Assembly: GCA_965277805.1 (NCBI GenBank)
Contig: OZ255842.1
Location: 4,736,001 to 4,800,000 of the forward strand
Origin: Candidatus Lustribacter sp.
GTDB lineage: Bacteria > Vulcanimicrobiota > Vulcanimicrobiia > Vulcanimicrobiales > Vulcanimicrobiaceae
Direction: 5' to 3'
Length of the DNA stretch: 64,000 bases
In this document: positions 18,900 through 28,278 of the stretch, piece by piece
Position numbering within the stretch: the stretch's first letter is position 1
Layout of the letters: each line of letters begins with the position of its first letter
Notes under the pieces: generated by a model
The model's input: only the letters and a program-made list of their open reading frames with translations
Databases searched by the model: none
Told to the model about the DNA's origin: nothing
Translations under genes and position numbers: made by a program

Positions 18900-20125
18900 C
18901 GTCGACGCTGACGCTTCCTACCAGCGACCCGGGCGGCTTGAACATCACCGAGTTCGATACCCGCACGCTGCTCTCGCACGCCGCCGAACAATCGCGCGCC
19001 AACAACTACAACGATTTCTTCATCTGCGACGTCGACTCGCACCATTACGAGAACGAGTCCTTCGGCGCGATCGTCAAGTACATCGAAGATCCGGTCCTCC
19101 GTCACCAGGCGCAGGTCAGCGCTTCCCGCCGCTCGGGCGCAGGCTTTCTCGGCGGGGCGATCGGCAATCAAGACCAATCGGGCCGCGTGACACGCTACCA
19201 CACGCGGCACATGGATAGTTACCCGCCCGGTTCCCAGCGCGATGCGCACCTCTCGAAAAAGTGGATGGATGCGATGGGCGTTGACATCGCCTTCCTGTTC
19301 CCGTCCCCGATCCTGACGCTCGCCAGCCATCCCGTGCAGCACGTCCAGAATCAATATCTCCGCGCGTACAACTCCTGGCTGACGCAAGAGGTCCTACCGG
19401 CCGAGCCGCGGCTGCGTTCGATGCTATGCCTGCCGTTCAACGACCCGGCGGCCTCCTACCAGATGGTCCAAGACTTCGGCGACGCCAAGGGCGTCTCGGG
19501 TTTCATGATCACGGCGTCGCACAACCGGCCCGTGCATGACAATGCATACATGAAGCTCTACTCGGCGCTCGAAGAGCGCGGTCTGCCGCTCGCCTTTCAC
19601 GGCTCCTACAACTGGGCCGATACGTCGTTCTCGACTGCCAACAAGTTCATCACGGTGCACGCGCTCGGTTTCGTGTTTTACAACATGGTGCACATGGCGA
19701 ACTGGATCATGAACGGTCTGCCGGAGCGCTTTCCAAAGCTGAAGGTGATTTGGATGGAATCGGGCTTGGCCTGGGTGCCGTTCATGATGCAACGCTTCGA
19801 CAACGAGTACCTGATGCGCAGCAACGAGGCGCCGATGCTCAAAATGAAGCCCAGCGAGTACATGAAGCGCATGTACTACTCCGTGCAGCCGCTCGAGATC
19901 CCCGAAGACCTCTCGATCCTGCAGACGACGTTCAAGATGATCAACGCCGAGACGCAGCTGATGTACTCTTCGGACTATCCGCACTGGGATTTCGATCTGC
20001 CGAGTGTGATCTACGACTTGCCGTTCCTCTCCGAGGAAGGCAAACGGAACATCCTCGGCGAGACGGCGCGCAACGTATTCAACTTGGGGCCGCTGCCGAA
20101 GCTCGCCCAAATCCCGGCCGAATAA
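18896..20125 (+). CDS. Amidohydrolase_2-fold protein, candidate dinuclear monooxygenase
   Basis: CDVDSH, AFHG, WMESG, SSDYPHWD motifs; ATGA overlap. Confidence 0.88.
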   Translation: MTSTLTLPTSDPGGLNITEFDTRTLLSHAAEQSRANNYNDFFICDVDSHHYENESFGAIVKYIEDPVLRHQAQVSASRRSGAGFLGGAIGNQDQSGRVTRYHTRHMDSYPPGSQRDAHLSKKWMDAMGVDIAFLFPSPILTLASHPVQHVQNQYLRAYNSWLTQEVLPAEPRLRSMLCLPFNDPAASYQMVQDFGDAKGVSGFMITASHNRPVHDNAYMKLYSALEERGLPLAFHGSYNWADTSFSTANKFITVHALGFVFYNMVHMANWIMNGLPERFPKLKVIWMESGLAWVPFMMQRFDNEYLMRSNEAPMLKMKPSEYMKRMYYSVQPLEIPEDLSILQTTFKMINAETQLMYSSDYPHWDFDLPSVIYDLPFLSEEGKRNILGETARNVFNLGPLPKLAQIPAE

Positions 20126-20128
20126 CCG

Positions 20129-21433
20129 ATGGCCGCGATCGCCCCCGGCGGAGCGGCCCTCGGTTCACCGCTCTCGATCCAAGCCACCGCGCGCATTCGA
20201 GAGATCCTCGAAGGCCGCCGGCGCGGACTGCGCGCGGTGCTGCCGCTCGCCGGACCGGCGGTGGTCGCTTCGGTCGCCTACATGGATCCGGGGAATTTTG
20301 CAACGAACATCGCGGCCGGCTCGAAGTTCGGTTATGGGCTGCTCTGGGTCGTACTGCTTGCAAATGCGGTCGCGATGTTGTATCAGGCGATGTCGGCGAA
20401 GCTCGGCATCGTCACCAATCGCAATCTGGCCGAACTTAGCCGGGCGCATTTCCCGAAGCCGGCCGTGGTCGCGATGTGGCTCGCGAGTGAGGTCGCGGCG
20501 ATGGCCACCGACCTCGCCGAGTTCGTCGGCGGCGCGCTGGGCCTTTCGCTCTTGCTGCATTTGCCGCTGCTCTACGGCATGGCCGTCACCGCGGTGTTCA
20601 CCTATGTCATCCTATGCGTCGAGCCGAGCGGATTTCGTAAGATCGAACTGATCATCGGCTCACTGGTGCTCGCGATCGGCGCGTGTTATCTGCTCGAATT
20701 GTTCATCGTGCCGGCCGACTGGGGTGCCGTGGCCCTGCACTCGGTGCTGCCGCAATTCGGCGGCCCCGGAGCGGTCGCGCTCGCCGCGGGCATCGTCGGC
20801 GCAACGATCATGCCGCACGCGATCTTTCTGCACTCCGGGCTCACGCAAGATCGCGCACCCGCTCGGAGCGACGCCGAGCGGCGTTCGCTCGTTCGCTATT
20901 CGAATCGCGAGGTCGCGATCGCGCTATCGTTCGCGGGCTTGATCAACGTCGCGATGGTCGTGATGGCGGCCGCCGCGTTTCACGCGGGCCATAGCGGCGT
21001 GGCAGAGATCCAGACGGCGTATTACACGATGGTCCCGCTGCTCGGCGCCGCGGCCGGACTGGTGTTTCTCATCTCGCTGATGGCATCGGGTATCTCGAGT
21101 TCGGTCGTCGGGACGATGGCGGGGCAAATGATCATGCAAGGCTTCGTCGGCTTCAGCATTCCGGTCTGGCTACGGCGCACCATCACGATGGTACCGGCGT
21201 TCGTCGTGATCGCCCTCGGCATCAACGTGACCAACGCGCTTGTGGTCAGCCAGATTGCCCTGAGTATCGTGCTGCCTATCCCGATGGTTGCGCTGCTCGT
21301 GCTCAGCCGAAAACGTTCCTTGATGGGCAGCTTTACTGCCGGCCCGACGTTGCTCACATTTGCTGCTGTCGCGATCGTGGCGATCGTCGGGCTCAACGCG
21401 GTGCTCGTGGTCGGGGCGATCGGAGGGAATTAA
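20129..21433 (+). CDS. mntH: Nramp divalent metal (Mn2+/Fe2+) transporter
   Basis: YMDPGN and IMPH signature motifs; starts 3 nt after the amidohydrolase stop. Confidence 0.95.
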   Translation: MAAIAPGGAALGSPLSIQATARIREILEGRRRGLRAVLPLAGPAVVASVAYMDPGNFATNIAAGSKFGYGLLWVVLLANAVAMLYQAMSAKLGIVTNRNLAELSRAHFPKPAVVAMWLASEVAAMATDLAEFVGGALGLSLLLHLPLLYGMAVTAVFTYVILCVEPSGFRKIELIIGSLVLAIGACYLLELFIVPADWGAVALHSVLPQFGGPGAVALAAGIVGATIMPHAIFLHSGLTQDRAPARSDAERRSLVRYSNREVAIALSFAGLINVAMVVMAAAAFHAGHSGVAEIQTAYYTMVPLLGAAAGLVFLISLMASGISSSVVGTMAGQMIMQGFVGFSIPVWLRRTITMVPAFVVIALGINVTNALVVSQIALSIVLPIPMVALLVLSRKRSLMGSFTAGPTLLTFAAVAIVAIVGLNAVLVVGAIGGN

Positions 21434-21460
21434 CGTCGGTCTAACGTCGGTCGCGCGCTC

Positions 21461-22114
21461 TTATTGGATCACGGCCTCGCAATGCTCGAGACATATCACG
21501 TTGTGGCCGAGGATCGAGACGCACTGCTCGACGCAAACGCTGTAATCGGGGCTGACGGCCGTCGACGCGTTGATCATCGACAACGTGGCGATGCCGGTAA
21601 CTTGCGCCGAGCCGTCATCGCCGATCAAGTCAGGACGCTTTGCGAGGCTCGACAGTACCGCGTTCGTGAGTACGATACCCGCCTCCATCGGCGTGCCGGC
21701 GCGCACGACTGAGCCGGCGAGTGCTTGCTCGAAGGGCGCGGGATTTTTCAGCGGGGGCCCCGGCGTGACGAGCCCCATAAGCGTCCGATCGTCCGGTGGC
21801 TTATGCGCGGCCGGCGTTTCGGGGTGAATTGTCGTGCACCGCGTGTAGCAGAGCACCTCCTGATCGAAAACTTTCCAGCACATGGTGCTACACAGGATCG
21901 TATCGAGTGGTCCCTCGCCGGCGGCCGCTGCCGGTGCAACCGTTACCGCGAAGGGGACGACCAGACTCTTGCCGTCTTCGGACGTGATTTTATGTGCCAT
22001 CGCGCTGCGCATGATGGACTTCATAAAGAGCACGCCGAGTTCTTCGGCGGAAGTCAGGGTCGACGCAAGCTGCGCGTACGGTTTTGCCGACCCGTGTGAA
22101 CCACCCTGAGCCAT
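21461..22114 (-). CDS. Hypothetical protein with tandem Cys-rich domain
   Basis: GAGGGGAG RBS; two copies of CxxxC-x9-CxxxC. Confidence 0.7.
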   Translation of the reverse strand: MAQGGSHGSAKPYAQLASTLTSAEELGVLFMKSIMRSAMAHKITSEDGKSLVVPFAVTVAPAAAAGEGPLDTILCSTMCWKVFDQEVLCYTRCTTIHPETPAAHKPPDDRTLMGLVTPGPPLKNPAPFEQALAGSVVRAGTPMEAGIVLTNAVLSSLAKRPDLIGDDGSAQVTGIATLSMINASTAVSPDYSVCVEQCVSILGHNVICLEHCEAVIQ

Positions 22115-22226
22115 AACTTACTCCCCTCAGCGATCTTAGCTATTAGGCGCGCGCTTCTTGGGTTGCTCAGCTGGTTCCCAGCAAGTAAGCGTCTGCGTTT
22201 CGAGCCAACGCGGCGGGGTGCGGCGA

Positions 22227-23156
22227 TCATAGCAGTTCGCGCGCGTCGAACCCCTTCGGGAGTTGCTTGTATTTTGCCATCAGATCGATGACCGGCTGGA
22301 TGGCGGCGGCGTTGAAGCTCGTCGCGGTATAGCCGTGGCGCATGTCGGTGGCGACATTCAGCTCCATGCCGGTGAGCGGCAGCAGTAGCGGGATCGTTTC
22401 CTTGACGTGCGTGTTCGCGTAACCCGCGGCGGCTTCGATCGCCTTGCTGAAGCCCGCGACGGCTTCTTTGTTCTTCGCCGCATAATCGCGCGTGCAGAAG
22501 TACACGACTTCCAGAATCGGCCGCGGATAGCCTAAGAGTTCGTCGACGAAGTAGCGCAGCTTGCCGGCCCGTACCGCTTGCATCATGCCCGGTTCGCCCA
22601 TCAGGCCGGCGTCGACGCGCCCTTCTTCGAGCGCGATCGCGACCGCGTTGAACGGCATCTCGACGAACTTCACCGTTGACGAATCGCCGCCGCGCGCATC
22701 GATCATCGCGCGCAGACCGAGATAGGCGATATCGCCGATCGCGCTGCAGGTCACCGTTTTGCCTTGCAGGTCGAGCGGCGTCTTCAGCGGTGAGTTCGCC
22801 GTGACGAGATATCCCGCGGTCGGATCGCCTTTGCGATACGACAATCCCGGCGCGATCACGGTGAACGGGATGCCGCGCGCGTAGGCGGCGATGATCGAGG
22901 TGACGCTGGCCTTACCGATGTCGGCTGCGCCGCCGACGATCGCTTGCGCGACGATCGCGCCCGTGCCGGCCGGTTGTAGCGTTACCTCGACGCCGTTATC
23001 GCGGAAGAGCCCCGACGTCTGCGCGTAGAGCAGCGGACGCAGATCGTCGGCGACGGTCGAGATGAAGTGCACCGGCGTGAGTTTCTCGCCGGCCGCCAGC
23101 GCCGTTCCGGCCGCGGCAGCGAACAAACCCTGGAGCATGAGCGCGCGTGTCAGCAT
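22227..23156 (-). CDS. SsuA/THI5-family ABC substrate-binding protein
   Basis: GAAGG RBS; DLQGKTV.C.AIGD; GRVDAG. Confidence 0.88.
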   Translation of the reverse strand: MLTRALMLQGLFAAAAGTALAAGEKLTPVHFISTVADDLRPLLYAQTSGLFRDNGVEVTLQPAGTGAIVAQAIVGGAADIGKASVTSIIAAYARGIPFTVIAPGLSYRKGDPTAGYLVTANSPLKTPLDLQGKTVTCSAIGDIAYLGLRAMIDARGGDSSTVKFVEMPFNAVAIALEEGRVDAGLMGEPGMMQAVRAGKLRYFVDELLGYPRPILEVVYFCTRDYAAKNKEAVAGFSKAIEAAAGYANTHVKETIPLLLPLTGMELNVATDMRHGYTATSFNAAAIQPVIDLMAKYKQLPKGFDARELL

Positions 23157-23190
23157 GGGACCTTCCTTCGTCAGACCATTCATCGAACGT

Positions 23191-23553
23191 TTAGCGGACG
23201 TTGTCGATCGCCAGTAATTGCCAGCCCGATGAGCCGCGTGTCCACACGCTCATATAACGCAACGGCGACGTACGGGGTTCGCCGGCCACCGTCACGTCGA
23301 GCTCCGCGCGCGCGCAGAGGATGGCGACATCACCGCTCACCCGCACGTCCGTTTCCCCGCGTGTAATCGCGCGATAGCGGACGCGTCCCGACCGCGTGTG
23401 CTCGAGAAAGGCGGCTTTGCCTTCACGCCGCCCGTCGTTGTGGACGAAGACGAGTTCGGGGCGCACGAGCCGATCGAGCGCCTCGATATCGCAAGCAACT
23501 ATGGCCGCCAGGCGGGCTTCATCGGCGGCCAAAACTGCATCGTCGTCGGTCAT
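23191..23553 (-). CDS. NTF2-like (DUF4440-type) protein
   Basis: D..AL..L....L.FVH..G and C-terminal VW.....GWQL. Confidence 0.85.
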   Translation of the reverse strand: MTDDDAVLAADEARLAAIVACDIEALDRLVRPELVFVHNDGRREGKAAFLEHTRSGRVRYRAITRGETDVRVSGDVAILCARAELDVTVAGEPRTSPLRYMSVWTRGSSGWQLLAIDNVR

Positions 23554-23573
23554 TCCCGCCACTTCCTAAGGCA

Positions 23574-23616
23574 TTGACTTTTACTATCCGAGACCCTATT
23601 CTACTTAGAACTCTAT
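23574..23616 (+). promoter_or_regulatory. Sigma70-type promoter with TAG-N4-CTA site
   Basis: TTGACT(23574)-17 bp-TATTCT(23597), then TTAGAACTCTAT (23605-23616). Confidence 0.6.
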
Positions 23617-23664
23617 CATTTTTCATCCTCCCGTCCAGACGTTCGGCCCACCCGAGGGGGACCC

Positions 23665-24672
23665 GTGAAGTTCGGCGTTTTTGATCATCTCGACCGTAAC
23701 GATTTACAACTCGCCGACTTTTACGAGCAGCGCCTCGATTTCGTTGAGCTCTACGATCGTTTGGGTTTCTACAGCTACCATCTCGCCGAACATCACGGTA
23801 CGCCGCTCGGTATGGCATCATCACCGAGCGTGTTTCTTTCCGCCGTTGCGCGCCGCACGAAGCGCCTGCGTTTCGGCCCGATGGTGTACTTGCTGCCGCT
23901 CTATCATCCGATTCGTTTGGCGGAAGAGATCGCGATGCTCGATCAGCTCGGCCGCGGCCGGCTCGATGTGGGCGTCGGACGCGGCCGCTCGCCGATCGAG
24001 CTGCAGAGCTTCGGCGTCAATCCGGCCGTAGCCGAAGCGGTGTACGAAGAATCGCTCGAGATCATCCGGCGCGTGCTGAGCGACGGCGTCGTGAATTTTA
24101 GCGGCACGCACTACACCATGAGCGACGTGCATATCCAGATGCGTCCACTGCAGACACCGCATCCGCCGCTTTGGTATGGGATCGGCTCGCTCGGCGGCGT
24201 CGACAAATTCGTTGCTGCCGATTTTAACGTCATCACGATCTCGAAGCCCGCGTTGGCCGGCGAACTCGTGCGCAAGTATCTCGATACCGCAGCGAATGCC
24301 GGCAAGGATTTGCTCGCGGGCGTGAGCCGGTTCGTCGTCTGTGCCGATACGACCGATCAAGCGCTCAAGATCGCGCGCCGGGCGTATCCCTTCTGGCACA
24401 AGAGTTTCGACTATCTCTTTGCGATTCACGGCCTGCGCCCGGTGCAGGCGTGGCCGGGCAGCTTCGATGCGATGGCGGCCGACGGCCTCGCATTTGCCGG
24501 CTCGCCCGACGATCTTACCGAAGCGCTATCGGCGCATATGGACCAGATCGGCGCGAACTATTTCGCCGGCCAATTCGTTTTCGGTGACATGACGGTCGAA
24601 GAAGGCCGCCGGTCGATCGATCTCTTCAGCCAAAAAGTCATGCCGGCCCTTGCCGGCGCGGTTTCTGCTTAA
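23665..24672 (+). CDS. LLM-class (luciferase-like) flavin-dependent monooxygenase
   Basis: MKFGVF, LAEHH, HPIRLAEEIAMLD.L..GR...GVGRG, P.Q.PHPP. Confidence 0.92.
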   Translation: MKFGVFDHLDRNDLQLADFYEQRLDFVELYDRLGFYSYHLAEHHGTPLGMASSPSVFLSAVARRTKRLRFGPMVYLLPLYHPIRLAEEIAMLDQLGRGRLDVGVGRGRSPIELQSFGVNPAVAEAVYEESLEIIRRVLSDGVVNFSGTHYTMSDVHIQMRPLQTPHPPLWYGIGSLGGVDKFVAADFNVITISKPALAGELVRKYLDTAANAGKDLLAGVSRFVVCADTTDQALKIARRAYPFWHKSFDYLFAIHGLRPVQAWPGSFDAMAADGLAFAGSPDDLTEALSAHMDQIGANYFAGQFVFGDMTVEEGRRSIDLFSQKVMPALAGAVSA

Positions 24673-24680
24673 GGATTCAC

Positions 24681-25643
24681 ATGGATTTCCGGAACATCAT
24701 TCGCACCTCAGTTCGTTTGAGCGCGGCCCTTGTCGCGCTTTTCGTTGCCACGGCGGCAACGGCGCCCGCGCAACCGGCCCTGACGACGATCCACTTCATC
24801 TCCTCGGCCAGCGACGATCTGCGGCCACTGCTGTACGCGCAGAGTGCGGGCCTCTTTCAAAAAGCCGGACTCAACGTGGTGGTCGACAAGGCCGCGAGCG
24901 GCGGCGTGGTCGCGCAGGCGATCATCGGCGGCGCCGACGACATCGGCAAGGCGAGCCTCGTTTCGCTGATCGCCGGCTACGCTCGCGGCGTACCGTTCGC
25001 GATGATCGCGCCGTCGGCCGTCCATCTGAAAGACGACGCAAACTCCGGGATCATGATCGCGGCGAATTCCCCGCTCAAATCAGTCCTCGACTTGCAAGGC
25101 AAGGTCGTCGGTTGCACGGCGATCGGCGACATCGGGTATCTCGGCACGCGCGCGATGATCGATTCGATGGGCGGCGACTCGGCGACCGTGAAATGGGTCG
25201 AAATTCCCATTGCGACGCTCGCGCCCGCCGTCGAGCAAGGCCGCGTCGTTGCGGGCTTGACGACCGAACCGTACATGTCGAAGGACTTAGCCTCCGGTAA
25301 GTTCCGCATTCTCACGGACATGCTCAACGGCTACTCGAAGCCGATCCTCGAATCGGCGTTCTTCTCGACCCGCGACTATGCAGCGAAGAACCACGACGCC
25401 GTGGTCAAGTTTGCGAAGGTGATGTCGCAAGCAGCCGGCTACGCGAACACGCACATCCCGGAAACGCTGCCATTGATGGTTTCGTTCAGCGGCATGGATC
25501 CGGAAGCGGCTGCGAAGATGCACAAAACGCAAACTGCGCTCTCGTTCGATCCCTCGGCACTTCAACCCGTGATCGACGCCGCGGCCAAATATCAGATCAT
25601 CCCGAAAGGCTTCTCGGCGCGCGACATGCTCGCGCTGCCCTGA
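24681..25643 (+). CDS. SsuA/THI5-family ABC substrate-binding protein
   Basis: Signal peptide; DLQGKVVGCTAIGD; paralog of 22227 and 28275. Confidence 0.88.
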   Translation: MDFRNIIRTSVRLSAALVALFVATAATAPAQPALTTIHFISSASDDLRPLLYAQSAGLFQKAGLNVVVDKAASGGVVAQAIIGGADDIGKASLVSLIAGYARGVPFAMIAPSAVHLKDDANSGIMIAANSPLKSVLDLQGKVVGCTAIGDIGYLGTRAMIDSMGGDSATVKWVEIPIATLAPAVEQGRVVAGLTTEPYMSKDLASGKFRILTDMLNGYSKPILESAFFSTRDYAAKNHDAVVKFAKVMSQAAGYANTHIPETLPLMVSFSGMDPEAAAKMHKTQTALSFDPSALQPVIDAAAKYQIIPKGFSARDMLALP

Positions 25644-25646
25644 CAA

Positions 25647-27026
25647 TTAGGCGAAAACGCGGTCGAGCAGGGCGCTTGCGTGCGGAAGTTCTTCGAGACG
25701 CAGCGTCAGCTCGGCGAGTTCGCGCGCGGCTGGTTCGCCGATTGATGGGGCGACGTTGTCGACGAACTTCTCCAGCAGTTGCACTTCGGTGAGGCGCTGC
25801 AGGAGCGGCATGTGATCGTCGTAGGTTCCGTTCGCGGTTTGGATCGTCACCGACGTCGGAACGTAGCCTTCCCAGTAGCGCACGTCGGGCGGACCCGTCT
25901 CGACGTACGGTTCGATCGTCGCGAGCTCCACCAGCCGCGCGACCTCGGGCGGCGGCGGTTCGCCGTTTTGCCATGCGCTATAGGGCCGCGTTCCGCATGC
26001 GCCGTGCGCTGCGTTGAGACGCAGGCTCAGCCATTGCGACATCGAGCCGCCGCTGCCGTCACCGCCGTGGCCCTTGATGTCACGTGAACAGCGCAGAATC
26101 ATTCGCGTGATTTCGGCCGGCTGGATCTGATGTTCGGCAACGATCTTCTGCACGAGCGCCACGACGGAAGCGTCGTAGAGATTGCACGGTACCGACTTGA
26201 AGAACGTCGGCGCGATCATGAAGTCGCCGCCGAATGTTTCGAGTATCGTCCAATCGCAGCCCAGCGCGCCGGAATAACGCCACGCGCCGTATTCGCCCTC
26301 GAAGGCTTCGCGATCGCCGGTGAACCCGTGCTGCGCTAGACGCGCCGCATCGATGCCGGCCAGCGCCATGCCGCCCATGTGATCGTACTTCGTCATCGGC
26401 GGATCATACGACTCGAGCACCTTGCGCAAGGTCGGCACGTGCGCGCTGTAGCTTGCGATTCCGAGCGCATTGCGAATCGACTCGCGATCGAGTCCCAGCA
26501 GCATCGACGCCGGAACGGTAGCGGCGAAGATCGAGTGCGGTGCCCCGCGCACCGCCGGCAGCCCGACGACTTTCGAGCCGCTCGTATCGCGCCGCCACGC
26601 TGCGCCGATGCGGCCGCTGACGTCGAGGCCGGCAATCAGCGCGGTCAGCACGTCGGCGCCGGAACTCCCGCGCCAATCGGCATACGCGAGCACCACCGGC
26701 ACCGCGATCACGCCGACGTGGCCTTCGGGGCCGACGGGTTCGAAGTCGAGCGCGTTGCAGCAGATCGTGTTGGCGAGCGCCGCGCGTTCGAGCGCGACGA
26801 GTTCGCCGCCGCCCGCGATGCGCGATTGCGGCAATGGCGATTCACGCGCAAGCGCAAGCGCCGCCCGTCCGCTCGGCGTGGAGGCGCCCACGATCATGCA
26901 ACCCAGGCAATCGAGCAGCATGATTTTGGCGAAGCGCTGCACGCCGGTGGAAACGTCGTCTAACCGCAAGCCGAGGACGTAGTCGGCAATCAGCCGAGTG
27001 ATCGTCCCCGGTTCGGGCGAGGGCAC
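25647..27026 (-). CDS. MmgE/PrpD family protein
   Basis: LLD.LGC...G, AALAN....ALDF, GFTG....FEG..G, FK..PC. Confidence 0.85.
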   Translation of the reverse strand: MPSPEPGTITRLIADYVLGLRLDDVSTGVQRFAKIMLLDCLGCMIVGASTPSGRAALALARESPLPQSRIAGGGELVALERAALANTICCNALDFEPVGPEGHVGVIAVPVVLAYADWRGSSGADVLTALIAGLDVSGRIGAAWRRDTSGSKVVGLPAVRGAPHSIFAATVPASMLLGLDRESIRNALGIASYSAHVPTLRKVLESYDPPMTKYDHMGGMALAGIDAARLAQHGFTGDREAFEGEYGAWRYSGALGCDWTILETFGGDFMIAPTFFKSVPCNLYDASVVALVQKIVAEHQIQPAEITRMILRCSRDIKGHGGDGSGGSMSQWLSLRLNAAHGACGTRPYSAWQNGEPPPPEVARLVELATIEPYVETGPPDVRYWEGYVPTSVTIQTANGTYDDHMPLLQRLTEVQLLEKFVDNVAPSIGEPAARELAELTLRLEELPHASALLDRVFA

Positions 27027-27027
27027 G

Positions 27028-27837
27028 CTAGGTGTTGAGGCCGGGCTTCGATTTGCCGTCGATGAATTCGCCGATGCCGCTCTTCATCCACGCGCCGTCC
27101 TGTTTGTAGGTCAGGTCGCCGGCCAGGGCCATGCTGTACGCGTACGCTTCTTCGTAGTCCATGCGCTGACTGATCTTCAAGACGTCTTTGGTCACCTTGA
27201 GCGCGATCGGATCTTTCTCACGTAGGGCTTCGGCGATGCGGCGCACTTCGGCCTTGAGCTGCTCTTTCGGCACCGAGATCGTAACGAGGCCGATCTCGGC
27301 GGCGCGCTTGCCGCTGAACGGCTCGCCCATCAACGCGTAGTACATCGCCTGGCGCTGCGGTATTTTCTCCGAGATATCGCGGCTGACGAGTCCGAGCGGC
27401 GCGGTCTTGAAGTTGATCTCGGAGAGGCCGAACGTCGCGTCGTCGGCGGCGACCACGATGTCGCACGACGTGATGACTGAAAACGCTCCGCCGAAGCAGT
27501 AGCCGTTGACCATCGCGATCGTCGGCGCCGGAAACAAGCGCAGCATGTGGCTGCGCCACTGATTCGACTGCTCGCGAGAGCGCTCGCGCAGCTCCTTCGT
27601 GCTCTCATCGGCGAGCAGGTAGAAGTACTCTTTGAGATCTTGGCCGGCGCAGAAGCTCTCGCCCGCACCGGTGATGATGAGCACGCGCACCCGTTCGTTG
27701 TACTTCAGATCGTTCAACAGCTTGTGCATCTGCTGATGCATGGCCGGGTTCATCGCGTTGCGCTTTTCCGGCCGGTTGAAGGTGATGGTGAAGATGCCGT
27801 TATCTTCTTCGAGCAAGACCACGTTTTCGTCAGCCAT
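27028..27837 (-). CDS. Crotonase-family enzyme, hydroxycinnamoyl-CoA hydratase-lyase-like
   Basis: NRPEKRNAM, AG.DLKEYF, PTIAMVNG.CFGG, FGLSEIN and C-terminal KPGL match HCHL/Ech as recalled; GGAG RBS. Confidence 0.85.
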   Translation of the reverse strand: MADENVVLLEEDNGIFTITFNRPEKRNAMNPAMHQQMHKLLNDLKYNERVRVLIITGAGESFCAGQDLKEYFYLLADESTKELRERSREQSNQWRSHMLRLFPAPTIAMVNGYCFGGAFSVITSCDIVVAADDATFGLSEINFKTAPLGLVSRDISEKIPQRQAMYYALMGEPFSGKRAAEIGLVTISVPKEQLKAEVRRIAEALREKDPIALKVTKDVLKISQRMDYEEAYAYSMALAGDLTYKQDGAWMKSGIGEFIDGKSKPGLNT

Positions 27838-27888
27838 GTCGTACTCCCGAACGCGCGAAGGGCCACGCGTTCGCACGCGAGCCGGCAA

Positions 27889-27935
27889 GTTAGATGACTA
27901 ACAATAATGATAGAGAAGCATCGGGGTGAAGTCAA
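27889..27935 (-). promoter_or_regulatory. Sigma70-type promoter with perfect GTTAG-N4-CTAAC inverted repeat
   Basis: Minus strand TTGACT-17 bp-TATCAT, then GTTAGTCATCTAAC (27889-27902). Confidence 0.75.
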
Positions 27936-27975
27936 GGCACTCGCCGTAGCAATGCATGCTTTTTGAGGACTCAAC

Positions 27976-28278
27976 ATGCTCTATATCGGATATGCGGAAG
28001 ACATCCCGGGCACCGATGAAAAGCGCGCGGCCGCGCTCGACGCGCACATGGCCTACCTGCACGGAACGACCGAGATCGTCGTGCTCGGCGGACCGTTGCT
28101 CGACGGCGCCGACAAGCGCCACGGCACGTGTCTCATCATCAGCGCGCCGGATATGGCCACGGCCGAAGACTGGTTTGCAAACGAGCCGTTCAACAAAGCC
28201 GGCATCTTCAAATCGCTGAAGGTCTCGCGCGTAAGACGCGGCATCTGGCATCCCGAACTGGCCGCCGATAGCAAATGA
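27976..28278 (+). CDS. YciI family protein
   Basis: R....AH.AYL, GGPL, G...I...., EPF..AG. Confidence 0.88.
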   Translation: MLYIGYAEDIPGTDEKRAAALDAHMAYLHGTTEIVVLGGPLLDGADKRHGTCLIISAPDMATAEDWFANEPFNKAGIFKSLKVSRVRRGIWHPELAADSK

